The notes under the pieces: model-generated
Seen by the model: the letters and a program-made list of their open reading frames with translations, nothing else
Databases searched by the model: none
What the model was told of the DNA's origin: nothing
Assembly (NCBI GenBank): GCA_964576265.1
Contig: CAZNVB010000270.1
Span: 4,088-68,087 of the forward strand
Length of the DNA: 64,000 bases
Reading direction: 5' to 3'
Origin: an uncultured Eubacteriales bacterium
Lineage (GTDB): Bacteria > Acidobacteriota > Aminicenantia > Aminicenantales > UBA8522
Translations under genes and position numbers: made by a program
In this document: one piece after another, positions 57,258 through 64,000 of the stretch
How the letters are laid out: every line of letters starts with the position of its first letter
Position numbering within the stretch: the stretch's first letter is position 1

Positions 57258-59180
57258 GTGAAAATCTTCGTCCCCGGTCGCATCTGCCTGTTCGGCGAGC
57301 ACTCGGACTGGGCGGGAGGCTATCGCCGGATCAACGCCCAGATCGAGAAGGGATACACGATGTTGTCAGGGACCGACCAGGGAATCTACGCCGAGGTCGA
57401 ACCCCACCCCACTTCTCTCGTCCTCAGTTCGACGACCCCGGCCGGCGAACGTCTCGGGCCGCAAGAAATCCCGATGGAATCCAGGGCTCTCCTCGAGGAG
57501 GCCCAAAAAGGGGGCTTTTGGAGCTACATCGCCGGCGTCGCTTACCAGATCCTAGTCAACTATCATGTGCGCGGCCTGGTGATCGACAACTACAAGACCG
57601 ACCTGCCGCTGAAAAAAGGCCTTTCTTCGAGCGCGGCCATCTGTGTCCTGACAGCGCGGGCTTTCAACCGGGTCTATGACCTGAAAATGACCACCCGGGG
57701 CGAGATGGAGATCGCCTATCAAGGAGAAATTACCACGCCTTCGCGCTGCGGTCGGATGGATCAAGGCTGCGCTTTCGGCAATCGCCCCATTCTCATGACC
57801 TTTGACGGAGATCGAATCGACGTCACCGAGCTCCGCGTTCCTCAGGACATGCATTTTGTCATCGTCGACCTCCAAGCCCATAAAGACACGATGGAAATCC
57901 TTGCCCGGCTGAACCGTTCCTTTCCTGTGGCGAGAAACAAAATCGAAGCGGGAGTCCAGGAGCTCCTCGGCCCGATCAATAAGCGGATCGTCCTCCAGGC
58001 GGTCGACGCCCTCCAGGCCGGAGACGCGGAGATGCTCGGCGCGCTGATGACCGAAGCCCAAGCATTCTTTGACCGCTATGCCATCCCCGCCTGCCCGGAG
58101 GAACTGACGGCTCCGGTCCTCCACCGGGTTCTCAATTACGAGCCTTTGAAACCTCATATCTGGGGTGGCAAGGGCGTCGGCTCGCAGGGCGACGGGACGG
58201 CCCAGTTCATCACCCGCAGCCAAGCCGACCAGCAGGCGGTCATCGAGATCATCGAGCGCGATCTGGGAATGTCATGCCTCACCCTGACTCTCCGCACCGG
58301 ACAGAAAGTCCGCAAAGCCCTGATTCCGGCGGCCGGCTTCGGCACGCGCCTCTTCCCGGCATCGAAGGCGACAAAAAAAGAGCTCTTCCCGATCATCGAC
58401 CGGGAAGGAATCGCTAAGCCGGCCATCCTGTTGATCGTCGAAGAAGCCCTCGGCGCCGGAATCGAAGAGGTGATCATCATCGTCCAGGAAAGCGACCTCG
58501 AGGCCTTCCAATCTTTCTTCAACATGCAGATCACGATCGAAAACTACAACAAGCTCCCCGCCCATTTTCAGGAATACTCGAAGCGCATTCTGGAGATCGG
58601 ACGGCATGTCTCGTTCGTCGCCCAGCAGACTCAGGAGGGCTTCGGTCACGCCGTCTTCTGTGCCCGGGAGGCCATCGGCAACGAGCCCTTCCTGCTCATG
58701 CTGGGGGACCACCTTTATCGTTCAAAAGGCGAAAAATCCTGCGCCGAGCAGCTCATCGATGCCTATAACAATCACGGCCTCAGCGTCCTGGGGTTGCGCC
58801 GCTCACCAGAAGACCAGATCGCCAACTTCGGGACGGCGACCGGAATCTGGCTCGAGGAGGGACGCCTTCTGAATGTCACGGAGTTTGCCGAAAAACCGAA
58901 TCTCGAATATGCGCGCAGCCATCTCCGTGTTCCGGGCCTGGCTGAGAACGAGTACCTGACCGTTTTCGGCCAGTACATCATCAAGCCGCAGATTTTCAAC
59001 TATCTCGAAGAACACATCCGGAACAACGTCCGAGAGAGAGGCGAATTTCAGCTCACTTCAGCCTTGGACAGGCTGCGTCAGGAGGACGGCTTCTTGGGGT
59101 TGATCATCGACGGCCTGCGCTATGACATCGGTCTGCCCGCTTCTTATCTCGAGACGCTGCAGACGTTTCCTCAGGATTGA
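57258..59180 (+). CDS. bifunctional GHMP-family sugar 1-kinase (galactokinase-like) / sugar-1-phosphate nucleotidyltransferase fusion
   Basis: The N-terminal half has the galactokinase signature PGRICLFGEHSDWAGG and the GHMP motif PLKKGLSSSAA. The C-terminal half has the NTP-transferase motif ALIPAAGFGTRLFPASKATKKEL. The start was set at the GTG preceded by AAGGAGG; the track ATG at 57228 is 30 nt upstream and in frame. Confidence 0.65.
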   Translation: MKIFVPGRICLFGEHSDWAGGYRRINAQIEKGYTMLSGTDQGIYAEVEPHPTSLVLSSTTPAGERLGPQEIPMESRALLEEAQKGGFWSYIAGVAYQILVNYHVRGLVIDNYKTDLPLKKGLSSSAAICVLTARAFNRVYDLKMTTRGEMEIAYQGEITTPSRCGRMDQGCAFGNRPILMTFDGDRIDVTELRVPQDMHFVIVDLQAHKDTMEILARLNRSFPVARNKIEAGVQELLGPINKRIVLQAVDALQAGDAEMLGALMTEAQAFFDRYAIPACPEELTAPVLHRVLNYEPLKPHIWGGKGVGSQGDGTAQFITRSQADQQAVIEIIERDLGMSCLTLTLRTGQKVRKALIPAAGFGTRLFPASKATKKELFPIIDREGIAKPAILLIVEEALGAGIEEVIIIVQESDLEAFQSFFNMQITIENYNKLPAHFQEYSKRILEIGRHVSFVAQQTQEGFGHAVFCAREAIGNEPFLLMLGDHLYRSKGEKSCAEQLIDAYNNHGLSVLGLRRSPEDQIANFGTATGIWLEEGRLLNVTEFAEKPNLEYARSHLRVPGLAENEYLTVFGQYIIKPQIFNYLEEHIRNNVRERGEFQLTSALDRLRQEDGFLGLIIDGLRYDIGLPASYLETLQTFPQD

Positions 59181-59264
59181 CCGCTTCCTCAGGAGATAGA
59201 AAAAGGACGCCTTGCGGGTCGAAAAACTCGCCAAGTTCTCTATTAAAGTGTAAAATATTAATTA

Positions 59265-59468
59265 ATGCGCAGCGAAGACATCATCCGGTTACGGCAGAAA
59301 GAAGCAGAGCTTCTCCGGAGAATCGAACGGCTTAGGAAAGCGATGAACGAAACCAAAGAGCTGAGCACGCTGGCCTTCAAAGGCAAGCTCTTCAAAGAAG
59401 CCCAGGAAGAACTGAGAAGGGTTCAGGAGAAGCTCGCCGGTCTCGAAACAAAAGAGAACCCGGAGTAG
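59265..59468 (+). CDS. small coiled-coil protein (67 aa), hypothetical
   Basis: A TAAAAT -10-like element at 59251-59256 lies 8 nt before the ATG. The product is a charged heptad-like helix. The call is uncertain. Confidence 0.3.
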   Translation: MRSEDIIRLRQKEAELLRRIERLRKAMNETKELSTLAFKGKLFKEAQEELRRVQEKLAGLETKENPE

Positions 59469-59608
59469 ATTCCGTTTCTACGATCATTTGACCGACCGGT
59501 GATAATTCTTTTCTCCGATCAGTCGTACGTCGGCCCAAGAATCTTCTTTTCTTCGGCAAAAAAATTTGTTAAATGTTAAGACCTGACCCCCTGTTTGAGG
59601 AGGAGGAG

Positions 59609-61732
59609 ATGAAAAGCGGCCGATTTTTAATCCTCTTTCTGTTCCTTGTGGGAATGAGCGTTTTGACTTTGGTCGGCGCTCCGTCTATGACCGCGGAAGG
59701 GAAATTTACGCTCGAGCAGGTCCTGAGCGCCCCCTATCCGATGGAGCTTGTCTCGGCGAAAAACGCCGACCGCATCGCCTGGGTTTTTCATATCGAAGGG
59801 GCGAAGAACATCTGGACCGCCGCCGGCCCGGACTTCGAGTCCGTCAACCTGACCGGCTATGTCCGGGACGAAGTCTTCGAGATCCCGGATGTGGCCATCA
59901 CCGACGACGGCGCGATCGTCGTCTATGTCCGCGGCGGAAATCCAAACAGCCAGGGATGGGTAACGAACCCGACGAGCGATCCGGCCGGGGTCGAGCAGGC
60001 CATCTGGGCGGTCCGGACCGACGGCGGAAATCCCTGGCGAGTCTGCGCCGGAAACAACCCCGTCCTCTCCCCTGACGGCCGATCTCTCCTCCTCGTCAAG
60101 GACAATCTGATTTATCGCGTCGCCCTCCGCGACCCCAGCCCCTCGGGCGACACGCCGTCACCCGAGCTCCTGTTCAAGGCCCAAGGGAGAAACGGCAGCC
60201 CCCGCTGGTCGCCCGACGGAACCAAGGTCGCCTTCGTCTCAAATCGGGATGACCACAGCTTTGTCGGCGTCTATGATCTTGCCAAAAACAAAATCACCTG
60301 GCTGGCTCCAAGCGTCGATCGCGACAGCGAGCCGGTGTGGTCGCCGGACGGAAAGCAGATCGCCTTCTTTCGTCGGCCGGGCGCGCAATACAACGAGACG
60401 ATCGACTTCTGGAACCCTCCCAACCCGGCGATCTGGATCTCCGACGCGGTGACGGGCAACGGGCAAGAGCTGTGGAATCCGTCGAAATCTGAACCGAAGT
60501 TCTATACCATCCGCAACCTTATGTGGACCGCCAGCAACCGGATTCTCTTCACCGCCGAGCACGACAACTGGAATCATGTTTTTGCCCTTGCCCCGTCGGG
60601 CGGAGAGCCGATCGACCTCACGCCCGGAGACGGAGAGGTGGAGCATTTCCATCTCTCACCTGACGGCCGGACTCTCTTTTTCAGCAGCAATCAGGCCGAT
60701 CTCCATGGCCGGCACATCTATAAGGTGCCGACCGCGGGCGGTGCCAAGCCAATCCAGCTGACCACGGGCGCCACGATCGGCTGCTATCCGGTCGCCATTT
60801 CTTCCGGCAAGGATGTTGTCTTCATGTATGCGACGGCCAAGCATCCGATGTCCATCGCCCACGTGCCCGCCGCGGGGGGAAAAATCGAGGTCATCGCTCC
60901 GCGCCGGCTCCCGGAAAAATTCCCCCTCCACGACCTCGTCGTCCCCGAGCTTGTGATCGTCAAAGCCCCGGACGGCCTCGAGATCCCCTGTCAGCTCTTC
61001 CTTCCGAAAAGCGCAAAACCAGGCGACCGTCGTCCCGGAGTCGTCTACACCCACGGCGGTCCCATCCGGCAGATGCTTCTGGGATGGCATTACATGGAGT
61101 TCTACTCCGAAGCCTACGGCATCAACCAGTACTTTGCCAACCGCGGCTTCGTCGTGATTTCCATCAATTACCGGAGCGGCATCGGCTACGGCCGCCGCTT
61201 CCGCATGCCTCCGGACGCCGGCCGCAGGGGAGCTTCCGAATACCAGGATGTGGTCGCCGGAGCGAAATACCTCCGGAGCCGCCCGGAAGTCGACCCGGAG
61301 AGAATCGGCCTCTGGGGCCTGTCCTACGGCGGGCTGCTGACCGCCATGGGCCTGGCCCGCAACTCCGACATCTTCAAAGCGGGCGTGGATCTGGCCGGCG
61401 TGCATGACTGGTCGGCGCGAGGCCGCGACACGCGGGCCGGAGCTTTCCCCAGCGTCTCGCCGGAGGCGCGCAAGCTGGCCTACGATTCCTCTCCCGTCGC
61501 CAGCGTTAAGACCTGGACCTCGCCCGTTCTATTCATCCACGGAGACGACGACAGAAACGTCGATTTTTCCCAGACGGTCGACCTGGTCCAGAAGCTCCGG
61601 GCCAAAGGGGACGTCCACATCGAGCTCTTGGTCCGGCCCGACGAGCCCCACGAATTCAAGCTTTACCGGAACCGGATGGACGCCTACAACGCGACCTTCG
61701 AGTTCCTGAACCGCTTCCTCGGGAAGAAATAG
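59609..61732 (+). CDS. secreted S9 family serine peptidase (PD40/WD40-like beta-propeller + prolyl-oligopeptidase alpha/beta-hydrolase domain)
   Basis: Start at MKSGRFLILFL with a GAGGAGGAGGAG RBS. The nucleophile elbow GLWGLSYGG and a C-terminal HGDDD motif are present. Confidence 0.75.
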   Translation: MKSGRFLILFLFLVGMSVLTLVGAPSMTAEGKFTLEQVLSAPYPMELVSAKNADRIAWVFHIEGAKNIWTAAGPDFESVNLTGYVRDEVFEIPDVAITDDGAIVVYVRGGNPNSQGWVTNPTSDPAGVEQAIWAVRTDGGNPWRVCAGNNPVLSPDGRSLLLVKDNLIYRVALRDPSPSGDTPSPELLFKAQGRNGSPRWSPDGTKVAFVSNRDDHSFVGVYDLAKNKITWLAPSVDRDSEPVWSPDGKQIAFFRRPGAQYNETIDFWNPPNPAIWISDAVTGNGQELWNPSKSEPKFYTIRNLMWTASNRILFTAEHDNWNHVFALAPSGGEPIDLTPGDGEVEHFHLSPDGRTLFFSSNQADLHGRHIYKVPTAGGAKPIQLTTGATIGCYPVAISSGKDVVFMYATAKHPMSIAHVPAAGGKIEVIAPRRLPEKFPLHDLVVPELVIVKAPDGLEIPCQLFLPKSAKPGDRRPGVVYTHGGPIRQMLLGWHYMEFYSEAYGINQYFANRGFVVISINYRSGIGYGRRFRMPPDAGRRGASEYQDVVAGAKYLRSRPEVDPERIGLWGLSYGGLLTAMGLARNSDIFKAGVDLAGVHDWSARGRDTRAGAFPSVSPEARKLAYDSSPVASVKTWTSPVLFIHGDDDRNVDFSQTVDLVQKLRAKGDVHIELLVRPDEPHEFKLYRNRMDAYNATFEFLNRFLGKK

Positions 61733-61733
61733 G

Positions 61734-63311
61734 CTATTCGAAGCGGCGGGCGGGCTGAGCCTCTTCCGGATTGAAATATTTGCGGGGCATCATCTCATCG
61801 CGCATGGCGGCGTTATAAACGAACCAGGCCATGACCGTCGCGGCCTGCATCAGGTCGGCCCGCGAGCAATGATCGACGACATCCATATTGGAGTGGTGGG
61901 TGACCGTGTCGTAGTCGAGCGGATCATGGACGAACTGGAAACCCGGCAGCCCGACGGCGTCGAACGAAAGATGATCGGTGCCGCCCGTGTTCCGCGTCAC
62001 AACCGCCGTCGCCCCAAGATCGTGGAAGGGCTTCAGCCACTCCTCGAAGATCGGAATGGCCGCAATATTTCCCTGGGCATGGATGCCGCGGATCTTGCCG
62101 CTTCCGTTGTCGAAGTTAAAATAGACGGACAGCCGGTCATACTCGGGCTTCTTCTCCTTCTTCGCCCGGTCGAAGAAATGGGCGGTCACATAGCCACGTG
62201 ATCCCATAAATCCCTGTTCCTCGGCGTCCCAGAGGGCGAGGCGGATCGTGCGGCGCGGCCGGACGCCGATGGCCTTGAGGATGCGGACCGCCTCCATGGC
62301 CACGACGCAGCCGGCCCCGTTGTCGGTCGCTCCTGTCCCCGAATGCCAGGTGTCAAAGTGACCGCCCAGCATGACGACCTGCTCTTTGATTTTTTTGTCC
62401 GTCCCTGGAATCTCGGCAATCACGTTGTAGCCCTGGGTATCGTCTTCCGTAAAACGGGCGTCAATTTCGATCTCGAGTGAAACCGGGATGTTTTTCTGGG
62501 CAATCCGGACAAGACGATTATAGTGCTCGGCAGCTACGACGACCGAAGGAAGCGGCGGGGTTGCTCCGACCATCTGAGACCCGCCACGGGAAACTAAGAC
62601 CAGGCCGCCGGTCCACCGGCTCGGTTCAAGGACGACGGCCGCCCCCTCTTCGCGGAGGAACTTAGCTGTCGCCTCTTCGAGCTGGCGGCGGGACAACATT
62701 TCGGCCATCCGGTCAGCAAACTGCGGCCGCCGGCCGGGCTCCGGCGTTAGGCTGAGCGATTTCAAGTCCTCCTCGGAGAAACGCCGGGCCTGAGGCGCGA
62801 AATTCAGGGCCACTTCCTGTTCCCCCTGACTGAGAACAATCGCCCCTTTAAGTTTGCCCTTGTATTTTTGTAGCTCCTCGGCCTTCTGGACGCTGATCAA
62901 TACCGCTTCTCCCTTAATCAGGCCGTCTGTGCCGGGGGTCCAGGCTTTGGGATAGGCGATGAGGGGCATGTATTGGGGCATGGTCATAGCGGCATAGAAT
63001 TTTCTCAGCTCCCAGCCGCGGCCGAACGTCCCCCACGGCTCCATCCGGGCGTTGACCAGGCCGATCTCGGTGAGGGTCTTGACGGCCCACTCTCCCGCCT
63101 TGCGGTATTGAGGGGATCCGGAGAGCCTCGGGCCGTAAACATCACTGAGCCAGCTAAGATATTCCATCACCTTGGAGCCGGACTCGAGCCCCTCACGACG
63201 AATGCGCTCGGCCATGGCCAGGTCGATCATATCCTGGGCGGCTGTCTGGAAGGCGATCATGAAAAGCAGGCTGACGCCGACAAACCAATATCGGATTCGC
63301 TTTTTGTCCAT
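61734..63311 (-). CDS. secreted M28 family aminopeptidase with PA domain
   Basis: Start reassigned to MDKKRIRYW, which has a GGAGG RBS. Zinc ligand motifs HFDTWHSGTGATDNGAG and LWDAEEQG are present. Confidence 0.7.
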   Translation of the reverse strand: MDKKRIRYWFVGVSLLFMIAFQTAAQDMIDLAMAERIRREGLESGSKVMEYLSWLSDVYGPRLSGSPQYRKAGEWAVKTLTEIGLVNARMEPWGTFGRGWELRKFYAAMTMPQYMPLIAYPKAWTPGTDGLIKGEAVLISVQKAEELQKYKGKLKGAIVLSQGEQEVALNFAPQARRFSEEDLKSLSLTPEPGRRPQFADRMAEMLSRRQLEEATAKFLREEGAAVVLEPSRWTGGLVLVSRGGSQMVGATPPLPSVVVAAEHYNRLVRIAQKNIPVSLEIEIDARFTEDDTQGYNVIAEIPGTDKKIKEQVVMLGGHFDTWHSGTGATDNGAGCVVAMEAVRILKAIGVRPRRTIRLALWDAEEQGFMGSRGYVTAHFFDRAKKEKKPEYDRLSVYFNFDNGSGKIRGIHAQGNIAAIPIFEEWLKPFHDLGATAVVTRNTGGTDHLSFDAVGLPGFQFVHDPLDYDTVTHHSNMDVVDHCSRADLMQAATVMAWFVYNAAMRDEMMPRKYFNPEEAQPARRFE

Positions 63312-63488
63312 GGCGGCCTCCTGTCTCAGGTCGATGTCACCAAAAGAAGAGACAAATCTAGTCCAATAACCTTCAATCGTCAAGAAAAAAGCCTGATTTT
63401 CTTCAGACGGCGCACGGAAATCTCTCCCGATATTGCCTGGCGCAACCATTTCGGCTAAGCTATTGTTTTAGCCGTAAGGAGCACCTTT

Positions 63489-64000
63489 ATGGAAAATCTT
63501 GGCCTCAGACGCGCGCCTCTTGCCTTCACGATCTTCGGCTTCCTTATGACCGTTGCCTGGACAGGGAGTCCGTCCTTTCCAGATCAAAGGACGATTTCCC
63601 CGGCCGCCTTTCCTCCGGCTGCAAGAGCGCTCCATTCCAGGCACGACCTCGGCCGCTTGGCGGTAAATTTCTTTCCCAACTACGGCCAGCTCGACGAGCG
63701 AGTCGAATTCTATATCGAAGGGAAAAACCAGGCGATCTACTTCAGCAAAAATGGAGTAACATTCGCCCTGCAGTCGTTCCGCCCGGATCGCCGGAACGAT
63801 CGAAAAAATGAAATTTTGAACGCGCCGGCATGGCCGGAATCAAGCTCAAGTCACCGACTCGTGGAAGGAGCGCGCTGGATCGTCAAAGTGGATTTTCTGG
63901 ACGCCAACCCCGGCGTTGAGCCGCGGGGAGAAGGCGAGACGGGGATGAGGCTTTCTTATTTCCGCGGGGGTCCAGAAAGCTGGAAAACGGATCTGCCCGC
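63489..64000 (+). CDS. N-terminal fragment of an SBBP-repeat/DUF7948-like secreted beta-propeller protein (3' truncated by window edge)
   Basis: VNFFPNYGQLDERVEFYIEGKNQAIYFSKNGVTFAL resembles the conserved N-terminus of DUF7948/SBBP proteins. Confidence 0.4.
   Translation, partial: MENLGLRRAPLAFTIFGFLMTVAWTGSPSFPDQRTISPAAFPPAARALHSRHDLGRLAVNFFPNYGQLDERVEFYIEGKNQAIYFSKNGVTFALQSFRPDRRNDRKNEILNAPAWPESSSSHRLVEGARWIVKVDFLDANPGVEPRGEGETGMRLSYFRGGPESWKTDLP

Noticed and set aside
1-64000. CRISPR arrays, rRNA, tRNA, insertion sequences/transposases
   Set aside because: I scanned the intergenic gaps, the largest being 11273-11770, 12637-12970, 54436-54784 and 56897-57257. I found no spaced direct repeats beyond the FG-GAP coding repeats and one 13-bp tandem duplicate, no tRNA-like cloverleaf candidates I could support, and no transposase or integrase ORFs.

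Overview
This is a high-GC (about 60%), densely coded bacterial chromosomal segment. The organism is probably a soil or sediment heterotroph; the many Tat and Sec signal peptides, TPR and FG-GAP proteins and leaderless promoters would fit Acidobacteriota, but that is only a guess. I could support about 48 protein-coding genes and no rRNA, tRNA, CRISPR array or IS element. Positions 1-37 kb are mostly glycan and amino-sugar utilisation genes. These include two sodium:solute symporters, two BNR sialidase-like proteins, a Tat-exported GH20 hexosaminidase, a neutral-ceramidase-like hydrolase, three Gfo/Idh/MocA oxidoreductases, a xylose-isomerase-like TIM-barrel protein, two amidohydrolase_2 proteins (one fused to a class-III aminotransferase), two URO-D-family proteins, an HpcH aldolase, an SDR, an AKR, a DegT aminotransferase and a DUF5107/TPR giant. 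Positions 37-63 kb are rich in secreted peptidases: M16, PBP4/DacB, Tat-TldD plus PmbA, M3, S9 and M28, an FG-GAP repeat protein and a CrtI-like flavoprotein. Embedded in that half are three notable loci. One is a Pif1-family helicase with a C-terminal WYL domain and a Ser/Pro-rich N-tail, lying convergent to a Cas4-like PD-(D/E)XK nuclease and a VapBC pair. Another is a GHMP-kinase/sugar-1-P nucleotidyltransferase fusion. The third is a radical-SAM enzyme with a Tat-like leader. Separately, a 500-bp noncoding gap at 11.3-11.8 kb holds a near-consensus leaderless promoter driving a small protein plus an AbiEii/MNT-like nucleotidyltransferase with overlapping reading frames. At least five genes have a -10 hexamer only 6-9 nt before the start codon, suggesting frequent leaderless transcription. 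Most long ORFs in the supplied track that lie antisense to these genes look like high-GC artefacts.
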